64,000 nt of DNA from an uncultured cyanobacterium (GCA_963740315.1 CAVUDP010000001.1:672001-736000), one strand, 5' to 3'. Positions 29,566 to 40,026 are shown, numbered from the stretch's first letter. Numbers and translations: made by a program. The notes: generated by a model from the sequence alone, not told the origin.

Positions 29566-31640
29566 TCAAGAGCGAAGAATCTTAGAAGAAGCACTACACA
29601 CAACCCTTAGTCCAAAAATGTCGCAAGGCTCGTCGTCGGGATCGTGGTAGCTGCGGTACGCAGAACGGCACCTACCAGGATAGTCAAACCACGAACCACC
29701 GCGCACCACTTTATCAGAACAATTATCATTATCTACCCATGCACTACCATCTGTGGGCGCTCTATCATAGCTATCATGCCAATAATCAAGACACAATTGC
29801 TCAATGTTCCCGTGCATATCGTATAACCCAAAAGAGTTAGGCGGAAACATGTCTACATCTGTAGTTTGTTCGCGATATTTACCCTTTGGTCCGTAACCGT
29901 AATTGCCTGGGTATAGTTTCCCTTTATAATTAGAATCTGTCCCCCGATAATTTGCTATTTCAGTAGTAATTGTCTCGCCAAAATAAAAAGGTGTAGTAGT
30001 CCCCGCACGACAAGCATATTCCCATTCTGCTTCGCTAGGGAGACGATATTTTTTACCTGTATGCTTTGATAATCTGGCACAAAATTCAATCGCATCATGC
30101 CAGGTAACGCACTCTACAGGACGGTCATATCCTTTAAAATAAGATGGATTTTCTTCTAAATCGCGGTTAATTTTAGGTAGAGCGGCTACTACTTCCCATT
30201 GTGCTTGGGTAACAGGGTATTTACCCATGAAGAATTCTGGAACGGTTACTTCATGCTGTGGTTTTTCGTCGTCATACCCTTCCTCTTCTGGCGAACCCAT
30301 CATAAATTTACCAGCCAGGATATACACCATATCTAAATTGACACCATCTCCTAAGTCTTCAGAAAAGTACTTGCAGGAGCGTTTTTCTCGATTAATTTCC
30401 TCACCTTGAAAGTTTACCGTTATTACGTCAAATTGGAAAGAACCTAACCCCCCAGCCCCCTTACGAGGGAATGGGGAGAATTCAAAGCCTCTCCCCTCGC
30501 AGGGGAGAGGTTTGGAGAGAGGTTTTCTTGAGTTAATGTATCTCCCCTTGAGGAAGTTACTGGCTGAGTAATTGAAATATTGGGTTTGGAATTTGTTGTA
30601 GTGCGAGCATCTTGCTCGTTAGGATTAACTAAAACATCTTGCTCGCTAGGATTAATAACAACATCTTCCCTATTACCATTAACTAAAACATCTTGCTCGC
30701 TAGGATTAATAACAACATCTTCCCTATTCCGATCGATACGTATAGCAATCCTTCCAATCGCTTCAATTGCATCCCAATCTCCACGGGAAACAGCCAAAAC
30801 CCTCACCCAAAGTTGCCTTGCTAACTCCAAATCGCTTTTAGTTTCAGCTTTATATGCTTGAAGTTTTAATGGTTCTACATCTTTGAGTGTGGCAGCTTGC
30901 TCTAATAAAATCCAGTGAATTTTATTAGGTGGATCTGCTTTCAAATAAGGATTCTGTGGCTCCTTGCCATATCTAGAATTTACTTTCGGAACGTTATGAC
31001 GTAAATATTGATCGAGACGCTCAACTGTAGCGCAATTAAACTCACCCTGTAACCGTAAACCTTCTAAAAGCGTATGGGTAAACGCACCATGCTGTAACTG
31101 ATCAATTTCCCAAGATTTTTGATTCGCAGTGCAGGAATAAAACGTAATTACTCCCTTATGTTTTTCACCAATTCCCAATCCACTGCGACTACCTTCATCG
31201 CGACAAGCATCAATTAACAAAACTACATTATCGGCACCGCAGCGACGTAATCTTTGTACAACATAGTCAACCGAGATTGCAGTTCTATCCACCGCTTGAG
31301 GGTCGCTATCCAAGAACATTAAATAATCTTGATCTTTAAATCTTGTACCATGACCAGCAAAGAAAAACCAAAGATTATCTTCTGGTTGTAATAAAGTATT
31401 TTCAAACTGAACATTTAAAAATCGCAGAAACCGAGCGTAGGTAGGTTGAGTTGCTATTGGCGGATTGCCAATCTTAGGAGAATTTTCGGTAAATAGAAAA
31501 ACTTGGTCAAATCCGGCTTCTTGCTTAAACCAATGTTTCATCACCTCAGCATCTCGTTGAGCATATTTGAGCGGTTGGAGATTATCGTAGTTGTTAATGC
31601 CAATCGCGATCGCCCAATTTTTTCCCATATTCCGTTCCAA
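29566..31640 (-). pseudogene. Caspase-like (peptidase C14)-FGE/SUMF1 fusion, split by a frameshift inside an inserted repeat at about 30444-30470
   Basis: 30444-31640 has FAGHG and IDACR dyad motifs. 29566-30330 has FGE motifs (GKYPVTQAQW, RLPSEAEWEYACRAG, PNSFGLYDMHGN, RGGSW), and this frame is open upstream (GGLGSFQFDVITVN...EDLGDGVNLDMV). Confidence 0.85.
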
Positions 31641-31653
31641 TTATCCGCGTTTA

Positions 31654-32127
31654 TTATTTCCGCTTGAATTTAAAAGTCATTGCACCTTTACCTCCAGCTT
31701 TTCCACCACCAATTCCCAACAAGCTAATTTGCCCTTCACCATTAATTTCTACTGACAACTCTACTTCATCAAGCTGCATTTTGGAATTCGGCTCCTCTGC
31801 TTCATCAAGCATTTCTCTCATAGCCTGCATAAAACTCTTCATTTCTTGCTTGAGTTTCGTTACCTGTACGGCTTTTCTTTTGACAATAGCGATTCCTTCT
31901 TTATCTCTTTTGATAATTATCTCTTTGGTATCTCCACCAATGATTCCTCCAATATCGCGGCTTCCATTACGACTACCACGGTTATCTTCAGTAGGTACTG
32001 AAGCACCAATTCTTCCTCCAATATCGCGAGTAGTATCGCGGCTACCCTGGTTATCTTCTTGAGTGACAATTGAAGATGCTTCTTCAGTAATAATCCAGAT
32101 GTTTTCTGGGGTTGGAATTTCTGACAT
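31654..32127 (-). CDS. Pepco/Trypco-like peptidase co-occurring domain protein
   Basis: C-terminal LDEVELSVEINGEGQISLLGIGGGKAGGKGAMTFKFKRK; 13 bp upstream of the caspase gene. Confidence 0.75.
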   Translation of the reverse strand: MSEIPTPENIWIITEEASSIVTQEDNQGSRDTTRDIGGRIGASVPTEDNRGSRNGSRDIGGIIGGDTKEIIIKRDKEGIAIVKRKAVQVTKLKQEMKSFMQAMREMLDEAEEPNSKMQLDEVELSVEINGEGQISLLGIGGGKAGGKGAMTFKFKRK

Positions 32128-32359
32128 CTGCTTGCTTCCTATAACTTTAATTAATTAGACTAAGTGCTATTGTTTTTACTTAGATATATTAATTACCATA
32201 CTTCTTGTAGTACGAGCCGGATAGCTTGACATAATTGTGTCAAGTTAAGTTTCCGTAGTCGTGACAAAGAAGCTATATGTTACAACTCAAAATACAGAGA
32301 GACGTTGCAATGCAACGTCTCTACACGGTAATAAATTAACAATACCCCAATTCCCCAAA

Positions 32360-33619
32360 TCAAATTACATCTGTTAAAACTTTACGAGTATTGTGCCAAG
32401 CCCAAATACCAATAGTGGCAACTACAAGACTGATTCCTAAAAGTACGATTCGTAAGCCGAAATAATTCGTTAGTCTTTCGGTAATTAATAGCGGTGCTGT
32501 TAAAGCAATGTTTACTGCGTGATTTTGAAAGCCGAATATCTTACCATGCATATCTGGAGGTGTTTGCTGTTGGATTAATGTTTGCATCGGTACGGCGATT
32601 AAAGCTGCACCCAAACCTAATAAAACACTAAGTCCCAAAGCTAAAGGCAGATTATGAATAAATGTGAACACGGCTAATACAAATGCCATGCTCAAAAATC
32701 CAAATAAAGGTAAAGGTTTGTGATGGAATTTCTCGCCCCAATGACCTAAAATACCGGCACCTAAAACCATTCCTACCCCTGCTGCTGCTAGGAAGAAGCC
32801 GAATTGTTTTTCTTGTAACCCAAATCTTGCGGCTAATCGAATCGATAATGCAACCAAGGAAGCAAAAACGCAATACAAAGCGGTTAACTGCACCATTGCG
32901 TTCATAATCAAGCGCTTTTTCTTCAGATAGCGCAAGCAATCTTTAAATTCTTCTAAAGGGTTAACTTTTTCTTTTTCGCCAGTGGGTTTCTTGCTTTTTA
33001 ACTTTACGGGTATTTTAACGATCGAGGAAATTAGATATAGCCCACCGACAATAAACTCTTGCCCGTATCTTTCCCCCATCAAGTTTTGACCCAGACTTAA
33101 TAGGGGTTCGCCTATAGCAAAGCCTATTATTATAGCACCCATCATGGTGCTTGTAAACAGCGCATTGGCAGCCATCAAATTTTGTTGCTTCACCAAAATT
33201 GGTATAGAAGCTTGCTCTGCTGGCGCAAAAAATTGCACGATCGCGGAATTAGCAAAAGTGATTGCTAATAAAATCAAAAATTGTCTTGGTAAAAATGGAA
33301 TTGCGATCGTTAAAAGTCCGCGTAGCAAATCCGAGCCAATCATAATCGGCTTTTTGGGGAAGCGATCGACAATTATACCGCCTAGCGAGCCAAGTAAAAT
33401 CGCCGGTAAAGTAAACGCCAGAAACAAATCCGCACGTCTACCATCCTCAACTACACCTGCTGCAAGTGGGTACTTGGCTAGCAGTGCAATTGTCAACACG
33501 AAAAAGATTTTGTCTGCTAGCTGACAGATGATTTGTCCTATCCATACCAGCATGAAATTGCGGTTTCTGAGTACCGCACCAAATCCTTTATTCACAGCAG
33601 CAGGTTCAGTTGGAAACAT
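32360..33619 (-). CDS. MFS transporter
   Basis: LRNRNFMLVWIGQ, GGIIVDRFPKK (motif A), FFAPAEQA, about 12 TM segments. Confidence 0.92.
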   Translation of the reverse strand: MFPTEPAAVNKGFGAVLRNRNFMLVWIGQIICQLADKIFFVLTIALLAKYPLAAGVVEDGRRADLFLAFTLPAILLGSLGGIIVDRFPKKPIMIGSDLLRGLLTIAIPFLPRQFLILLAITFANSAIVQFFAPAEQASIPILVKQQNLMAANALFTSTMMGAIIIGFAIGEPLLSLGQNLMGERYGQEFIVGGLYLISSIVKIPVKLKSKKPTGEKEKVNPLEEFKDCLRYLKKKRLIMNAMVQLTALYCVFASLVALSIRLAARFGLQEKQFGFFLAAAGVGMVLGAGILGHWGEKFHHKPLPLFGFLSMAFVLAVFTFIHNLPLALGLSVLLGLGAALIAVPMQTLIQQQTPPDMHGKIFGFQNHAVNIALTAPLLITERLTNYFGLRIVLLGISLVVATIGIWAWHNTRKVLTDVI

Positions 33620-33636
33620 TCGTTCGATGGGGGTTA

Positions 33637-33955
33637 AGAGTAAGTTAGGAGTATTGAGTCAGGAGTCAGGAGTATTGAGTTAGGAGTATTGAGTTATGAG
33701 TATTGAGTTATGAGTATTGAGTTAGGAGTTATGAGTTAAAATTTATATCGCCATTTGTGTTCTAAAAACAGGCGATCGACTGCACTTTTGGTAAATGGTA
33801 GTGAGACTGTGATGCTAACACTACGGAAAAAAATTATGTTCTGTGATTATGAGTTATGAATCATAAATTCTATATATTTTCAACAATTGGGATGCTCTTC
33901 TTTTTAATTCTCAACTCAATACTCCTAACTCCTCACTTTTAACTCCTAACTTATA
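33637..33955. repeat. STRR heptamer tracts (gagtatt/gagttag and their complement)
   Basis: Tandem heptamers at 33637-33738 and complementary copies at 33910-33952. Confidence 0.85.
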
Positions 33956-33990
33956 AATTCTCCTCCCGCTCATCTTCAAGCTTTTCCGGA

Positions 33991-34557
33991 TTAAATTTCT
34001 TCATAACGTTTTAATAATATTTTGATAAAGTCAGCCGCAGTCAGGGATTTAAGCAATTCTTCTGATGGTGAATCTACCCAGTATCCTTCAACAGTTGATG
34101 GATCTCGCCATAATTCTAAATGCTCAACAGCAGGTTGTGCGTAAAAGTTATTATCGCCGCTACCGAGCAAGCAGGAACTCCAGTGGGTGAAGTAATCGTG
34201 ACTCATCCTATGGATAGGGAAATTACCATATATTGGTACCATCCATCCATCTATAGCAATGAAAGCCTTAACATTACCGACCGTATTTTGCCATAAACTT
34301 GCAGCGGCGATCGCTCCAACTACACCAGCACTAAAGCTGATGAATATAACTGGTGATTCTAGCTTATCTACCAATTTATCGCGTAAAAACTGCCAAATAT
34401 GAAATCCTGATAAAGCAGATAGATTATTTGCCCGAAATTCTAGTATATTCATCGACTTTAGATCGCATAAGCTATTAGAATCTGTTTCTAATAAACTCTT
34501 GATAAAGTTTTGAGTCAAGCTCGATTCGTGCATTCCGGGACAAATAATTACGTTCAT
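33991..34557 (-). CDS. Conserved hypothetical protein, alpha/beta-hydrolase-like
   Basis: ICPGMH, ISFSAGVVGA nucleophile-elbow-like motif, IAIDGW, SHDYFTHWS. Confidence 0.7.
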   Translation of the reverse strand: MNVIICPGMHESSLTQNFIKSLLETDSNSLCDLKSMNILEFRANNLSALSGFHIWQFLRDKLVDKLESPVIFISFSAGVVGAIAAASLWQNTVGNVKAFIAIDGWMVPIYGNFPIHRMSHDYFTHWSSCLLGSGDNNFYAQPAVEHLELWRDPSTVEGYWVDSPSEELLKSLTAADFIKILLKRYEEI

Positions 34558-34797
34558 CAGTTTTTAGAAGACGGCATTTACAAATTAACCGTTAAAGAGT
34601 TTAGATAGTTGTCAATTTAAGGCAGGAAGTTGAAATTACTTAGAATAACAATTTTTGATAAACGCAAAGTTTTTTATTCTATGCATATTTTAAATGTATT
34701 CAGAGAATAAATAGTTAACAGCGAGCGGCGATCGATTTTGAAGGTAAGTAGATATCTTTGACATACTCCCCCGAATTATATTCGGGGGATTCTAGGC

Positions 34798-35922
34798 TCA
34801 AGCAGTGATTGCAGGCTTAGCCCGACTTACATCTCCTAACCTAACAGTCGATGCCCCAACTGCTTGAATATTAATCGCGGCGTTTTCATCGCGCCCGTTA
34901 ACCTTTTGACAACAAGGACAACGCCACTCTCTGACTGATAAATTTAAACTTTCCAACAGATAGCCGCAACTAGAACAAGTTTTACTAGACGGATACCATT
35001 GATCGATGTAGACTACTAACTTATTTTTCTTTTTAGCAATCCATTCCAAGCGTTGCAAGAATTCGCCAAAAGCCAAGTCACAAATCTTACGACCCCATAA
35101 ACGCTGCATCCCTTTAAGTTTTAATGTTTCAAAACACAAAACATCAAACTTGTCAGTTAACTGATGCGCTAATTTCCAGAACCAATCGCGTCTACGGTTA
35201 ACAATTTTTTCATGTTTACGTACCAGATTTTTTCTAGCACGTTCCCGATTAGTTGAACCTTTAAACTTTTTGGAATGCTGTTTGCTTGCTGCTTTAATAT
35301 CTTTAATAGATTGCTTGAAAAATTGCGGTGAATCAATTTTGCTACCATCGGAGCATACAAGGAAAGTTTTTAATCCAAAATCAAACCCTGCTATTTTACC
35401 AGTCGCTGGTTTAACATAAGACGCTTGTTTCTCGTCAACGACCAAAACCATAAATAGTTCACCTAATGGTGTACGTTTTATAGTTAAAGTTTTTACCTTT
35501 CCTTGAATTTCTCTTGATTTACAAAATTGATAAATCCGTTGACCAATTTTTATTCTATTCCCACCAATAAATTTATATCCAGCTTGCTTTAAGGTGAATG
35601 ATTTATATTTTTTAACCTTTTTGAAGGTGGGCGGTCTTACACATGATTTGTTGTGTTTAAAAAATAGCTGATAAGCTTTTTCTATCCGCTGACAAATATC
35701 TTGTGTTCCTTGAGAACCAACTAATTGCCAAAACGGATTACGCTTACGCAATTTAGCAATATGAGACTGAAGCTTTGCACAATTCAAGTGCTTGCCCCAC
35801 ATTCGGTAATACCGTTTATGTAAGGCAATACAATGATTATAGATAACTCCAGCAGCATTTATTATACGCTTAAGATATCTATTTTTTTTATGCTCGTACA
35901 GTTTGAACTTCAGTGTTTTCAT
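34798..35922 (-). CDS. tnpB: RNA-guided endonuclease TnpB
   Basis: GFDFG, CFETL, RDENAA RuvC triad; CSSCG/CPCC finger. Start at MKTLKFK. Confidence 0.93.
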   Translation of the reverse strand: MKTLKFKLYEHKKNRYLKRIINAAGVIYNHCIALHKRYYRMWGKHLNCAKLQSHIAKLRKRNPFWQLVGSQGTQDICQRIEKAYQLFFKHNKSCVRPPTFKKVKKYKSFTLKQAGYKFIGGNRIKIGQRIYQFCKSREIQGKVKTLTIKRTPLGELFMVLVVDEKQASYVKPATGKIAGFDFGLKTFLVCSDGSKIDSPQFFKQSIKDIKAASKQHSKKFKGSTNRERARKNLVRKHEKIVNRRRDWFWKLAHQLTDKFDVLCFETLKLKGMQRLWGRKICDLAFGEFLQRLEWIAKKKNKLVVYIDQWYPSSKTCSSCGYLLESLNLSVREWRCPCCQKVNGRDENAAINIQAVGASTVRLGDVSRAKPAITA

Positions 35923-35960
35923 ATCTATAATAATATCATGTAGACACAATAAAAGAACAA

Positions 35961-36360
35961 ATGAGTCAAAAATATAGGCATAAAAATACTTCGGTGTCGC
36001 TAGTCAATTACCCTAACAGTTTGGATTGTGCGACGAAGGGGAAAAGGTATTATTTGGAAGTATCAAATGTTGGTTAAATATTTTAATTTACAATATTGCT
36101 ATAAATCTAGAAATTGAAGTATTAAATCTCGCTATTGAACCGGAACATATCCATTTATTTGTTAACTGCTCCCCAGGTATCGCGCCTTCTCAAATTATTT
36201 ATGGAATTAAAGGTGCATCCGCGCTTGTATTTAAGGTAATATTTTCCGTCTTTCACGAAATTGCCTTTAATGTGGCAGAATGCATACTTTGTTTCTACTG
36301 CTGGCAATGTCGCGCTTTGCGACAATCCAGAAATACATTGATGTTCAAGGTTCATATTGA
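35961..36360 (+). pseudogene. tnpA: Frameshifted IS200-type tnpA
   Basis: MSQKYRHKNTSVSLVNY start, EPEHIHLFV HUH, IKGAS, and LPLMWQNAYFVSTAGNV lie in different frames. Confidence 0.85.
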
Positions 36361-36571
36361 CGGCGCATGAATGCGCCTCCGCTACATCCCACCCTTAGCG
36401 CATAGGTGGGCTTTGCTCGTATTACTGTAAATTTTCTTATCGAAAGATAAAGGGGTATGTAATTAAAAGTCTAAATATATAATTTTAGACTATGCTATCC
36501 CCCAGGGTGGGATAAATTACCTATACTGGAAAAATAAAACGCTCTACCAAGGTTGCACAGAGGAATTAATT

Positions 36572-37687
36572 GTGGTTGCTACACCAGAAAAAGTCAAACA
36601 GATTAACGAGCATCTACCGAGACAAGATCGAGTTGCCGTACTACTTATGGGGTACGGTGAAGTAGAAAGCTACGAAGATTTTGCTAACTATAACGAGCAA
36701 GCGTTAAATTTACTTACGGCAAAGTTCGCGCCAGTACCAACCTGGATTTACCCACCTCTAGCAAAGATGCTAGCGATATTCGATCTTCATGAGTGGGGAC
36801 ATACACACGATAATTTCATTTCACCCCACAACGCTATCTTTGAAAAGCAACGCGCTGGAATTGAACAGCAGTTACAAGAAAAATGGGGCGATAAAGTACA
36901 GGTTTTCAAAGCTTTTAACTTTTGCGCTCCCCATCTTCCCAATCAGGTTTTAGCCGAAATCCAGAATCAAGGCTTTGATAAACTCCTGATTTACCCATTA
37001 TTAGTAGTTGATTCCATCTTTACCAGCGGTATTGCGATCGAGCAAGTTAATAATGGTTTGTCACAGATGGCTGATGGTGAGGAGCATTGGGTAAAAGCAC
37101 AGCGCTACATTCCTTCTTTCTACAACGAACCCAAATACATCAAGTTGATCGCCAAACTTGTAGAAGAAAAGATATCTTCAGAATTGAAGAATGCTTATTT
37201 GCCTTCGCAAATTGGTATCGTATTGATGAATCACGGTTGTCCCCACAAAGCCAAAGGATTCACTTCTGGAATTACCGAGTCTCAAATACTTTATGATTTG
37301 ACACGCGAAGAATTAATGTACCGCTACCCATTGATTTCTGTAGGTTGGCTCAATCATGATACACCTTTGATTGAATGGACTCAACCAAACGCCGAGCAAG
37401 CCGCTCAAAACCTAATTCAAATAGGTGCAAAAGCATTAGTATTTATGCCCATCGGCTTTGCTACAGAAAATCACGAAACTCTCTTAGACGTACATCACAT
37501 TATTCACAAGCTAGAGAAAAAGCATAAGGATCTAAACTGCATTCAGATGGATTGCGTCAACGATCATCATGAATTTATGATCATGGCTGCTGAATGGGCT
37601 GACTCTCATATCGAAGAGTTACTCTCAGAAGAAGCAGCAGCAGTTAATCGCACGCAAGCAGTTGCTCATCACCATCATCATCATTAA
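36572..37687 (+). CDS. Ferrochelatase-like chelatase with C-terminal His6 tail
   Basis: VAVLLMGYG, LIYPL, MNHGCP, WTQP, PIGFATENHETLLDV, chelatase-type motifs; ends HHHHHH; GTG start with RBS gagga. Confidence 0.82.
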   Translation: MVATPEKVKQINEHLPRQDRVAVLLMGYGEVESYEDFANYNEQALNLLTAKFAPVPTWIYPPLAKMLAIFDLHEWGHTHDNFISPHNAIFEKQRAGIEQQLQEKWGDKVQVFKAFNFCAPHLPNQVLAEIQNQGFDKLLIYPLLVVDSIFTSGIAIEQVNNGLSQMADGEEHWVKAQRYIPSFYNEPKYIKLIAKLVEEKISSELKNAYLPSQIGIVLMNHGCPHKAKGFTSGITESQILYDLTREELMYRYPLISVGWLNHDTPLIEWTQPNAEQAAQNLIQIGAKALVFMPIGFATENHETLLDVHHIIHKLEKKHKDLNCIQMDCVNDHHEFMIMAAEWADSHIEELLSEEAAAVNRTQAVAHHHHHH

Positions 37688-37854
37688 TTGGGCATGGGGC
37701 ATGGGGCATGGGGAATGATTTAAAACTGGATTATTCTTAGCCTTCTGATATTGTTTGTTTTTTCCCTGTTTTCAAATTTACATATTTAGAATTAAGACAA
37801 CTTTTGTAGGGTGGGCATCTTGCCTGCTCTTTTTTATCGCGTAAACCCCCATCG

Positions 37855-37962
37855 ACTGGTTCCTAGACTCTGGCTGGGAACGCATTCGGGGAGGCTCCGC
37901 CTTCAGATTGACAAGAGGCAGAGCCTCTTGATAAGCATTCCCAGCCTGGAGGCTGGGAACGA
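37855..37962. repeat. REP-like composite palindrome
   Basis: gttcctagactctggctgggaac, gaggctccgcct...gaggcagagcctc, ttcccagcctggaggctgggaac. Confidence 0.7.
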
Positions 37963-38015
37963 GTTAACGAGTCAATTACCAATTCCCCATTTCTTATTTC
38001 AGTTAAAATACATAA

Positions 38016-39128
38016 ATGGCAAACAAACACCTAACAATCAAACAACTTACTCAGGAGGTTGGCGGTGGTTTAACTCCGAGGATGGTTAGGCATTATCATA
38101 AGTTGGGGTTATTACCACAAGCTAAACGTTCCTCTGGAAATTATCGTCTGTATACTGATGCTGAGGTGCAGCAGTTGCGGCGCATTTTGGCGTTGAAATC
38201 TCAGGGTTTTCAATTAGAAGATATTCGTGAATTATTGGATTCTCCGGAGGTGATGAGTTTCGATGCTTTGGCTTCCCAGTTGCAACAACAATATAATTCG
38301 GTAACGGAGCAGTTAGCCCGGTTGCGACAAACTGCGTCGGCTTTGGAAGAATTTTTGTCAAGAGATAAAAGTTCTCAGGATACTCAGCTACAGGCGTTAG
38401 AACAATTAAAACAAGTAGAAATAGAATCAGCTTTTGGATTGCAAGAGTTAGATCGACTTTGGGATGGTTTGGATGCAGCGCGTAATGTCCAAAGAGAAGA
38501 TTTGAGCGAGTCTTTGCGAAAAATATTGCCGGATTTATCCAATAAAAACGAAATTGAAAGAGATTTACTTTCTAAACTGGTGTTTGCTTGTGGTGATGTC
38601 AGTTTGGTAGATTTTGTTAGGTTGAGTAAAGATGCGATCGTTGCAGCCAGACATCACCTCAAAGCTGATTGCGAAATCGTCGCTGATGTTTCCCCGGTTG
38701 TGGCGGCACTCGACCATACGCGAATAGCACATTTAGGCGCAACTGTCAATACTTTAATTGACGACCCCCACATTCATAGCGTTGATGAAGCTGAAAGAAA
38801 GTTTTGGCAGGATGAGGAATGGCAAGATAAATTAAAGCAGTTAAAACCGGGCTGTATTTTAGTTATTGGTTATGCGCCGTCGGTATTAATGTCAGCATTG
38901 AAACTTGTAGAAGAAGAACAATTAAAACCATCTTTAATAATAGGAATGCCCATCGGCTTTAATCACGCTCCTGCTGCAAAACGCCGTTTAATGCATTCGA
39001 GCGTAGAATATATTACTACTGTGGGAACCCTTGGTGGTGGATTGTTGGCGGCTGTAGCAATAAATGCTTTAGTAGGTTCGCTGATTGAAAGACCTGATTG
39101 TCATTGTTATTTAAGGCATAGAGAGTAG
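38016..39128 (+). CDS. MerR-family regulator fused to a precorrin-8X methylmutase (CobH/CbiC)-like domain (CoaR-like)
   Basis: MerR HTH (TIKQL..., MVRHYHKLGLL, RSSGNYRLY); C-terminal VIGYAPSVL, IIGMPIGF, GGGLLAAVAINAL; terminal CHC. Confidence 0.88.
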   Translation: MANKHLTIKQLTQEVGGGLTPRMVRHYHKLGLLPQAKRSSGNYRLYTDAEVQQLRRILALKSQGFQLEDIRELLDSPEVMSFDALASQLQQQYNSVTEQLARLRQTASALEEFLSRDKSSQDTQLQALEQLKQVEIESAFGLQELDRLWDGLDAARNVQREDLSESLRKILPDLSNKNEIERDLLSKLVFACGDVSLVDFVRLSKDAIVAARHHLKADCEIVADVSPVVAALDHTRIAHLGATVNTLIDDPHIHSVDEAERKFWQDEEWQDKLKQLKPGCILVIGYAPSVLMSALKLVEEEQLKPSLIIGMPIGFNHAPAAKRRLMHSSVEYITTVGTLGGGLLAAVAINALVGSLIERPDCHCYLRHRE

Positions 39129-39133
39129 TAATA

Positions 39134-39192
39134 AGGTTTGTAGTAGGGACTTCAGTCCTAAATCCAAGGACTAAAGTCCTTACTACGAACCT
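39134..39192. repeat. Single copy of the double-hairpin REP family (as in the 24859-25262 array)
   Basis: ggtttgtagtagggacttcagtcctaaatccaaggactaaagtccttactacgaacc, between convergent genes. Confidence 0.8.
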
Positions 39193-39197
39193 TGAGT

Positions 39198-39650
39198 TTA
39201 AATATTTAAATCTTGCATAGCTAGACGAATTTGTTCCATACGTCTGCGATTTACTCCTAAGTCAGAATCTCCGACGCGAGATGCGGAACGGATATGAATT
39301 ACTTTTTCGTCGGTGGGAAAGTAAAATTCTACGTCGTCGGTAAATTTGAAAATTCTGCTTTTAGAAAGAGCATGAATATAATTATCTGTATTTTCTACAA
39401 CTTCGGTACGGGGAACAACTGAAAGAACTTTTAATACAGTTTCTTTGGCTGTATCGCGATCGCCATGATAGGAAATTGGAGCGATCGCGTGCTTTTCATC
39501 GCCGTTTTGACTGACAACGCAATTCGGGGAAGTCGGACAAGCAGCAAGATGATTATCGGTAATTCCCACCGCTAAAGTTTGTTCGGGGAAGATTAGAATA
39601 CCAGTTAAGCTCAGAAATATTACGCAAAGAATAGCAAGCAAACGAGACAT
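39198..39650 (-). CDS. DUF1499 domain protein
   Basis: LAACPTSPNCVVSQ, FTDDVEFY, IRSASRVGDSDLGVNRRRME. Confidence 0.92.
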   Translation of the reverse strand: MSRLLAILCVIFLSLTGILIFPEQTLAVGITDNHLAACPTSPNCVVSQNGDEKHAIAPISYHGDRDTAKETVLKVLSVVPRTEVVENTDNYIHALSKSRIFKFTDDVEFYFPTDEKVIHIRSASRVGDSDLGVNRRRMEQIRLAMQDLNI

Positions 39651-40026
39651 CAAACAATTACTCCTCAAGGTTTAAATAAGATTTACCTCGATTATTGTCG
39701 GTCATTTTGGGTGTTTGTTGTTGATTTATCAAATTTTACGGTGCAAAGAAACCCAGTTTTTCCAAAAAACCGGGTTTCTAAATTCACATCTTGCATTATC
39801 AAAAGCTATTGTCAAAATTATTACTATTTGTCTGACTTAGTTTTGACCCGCCAGGGACTGCAAGTCCCTGTCTAATAGCATAAGTCCATTAAAATGGACT
39901 AAGAATTATACGATAATTAAAAGGTGATATTTTTAAATGTTTAATTTATCGCACTAGTAATTACTCGTAGGGTAGAAGATATGAAGTGTCTAAAACAAAG
40001 TACGATTCTGAAGATACAGGAAAAAA

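Larger units (their letters stand above)
34758..36426 (-). mobile_element. IS200/IS605-family element with intact tnpB and decayed tnpA, predicted TAM (T)TTAC
   Basis: On the minus strand, left end TTTAC|agtaatacgagcAAAGcccacctatgcgctaagggtggg; right end GAATcccccgaatataattcgggggagtatgTCAA. Confidence 0.85.

Noticed and set aside
29566..30330. FGE domain as a diversity-generating retroelement target
   Set aside because: FGE/CLec tails can be DGR targets, but no template repeat or reverse transcriptase is visible in this window.
27780..34757. TnpB guides retargeted to host genes (TldR-like domestication)
   Set aside because: Both RuvC triads are intact, IS ends are present, and I saw no convincing TAM-plus-guide match elsewhere in the window. 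A genome-wide search is still needed.
36026..36370. 114-aa ORF as an intact gene
   Set aside because: It is one frame of the frameshifted tnpA pseudogene.
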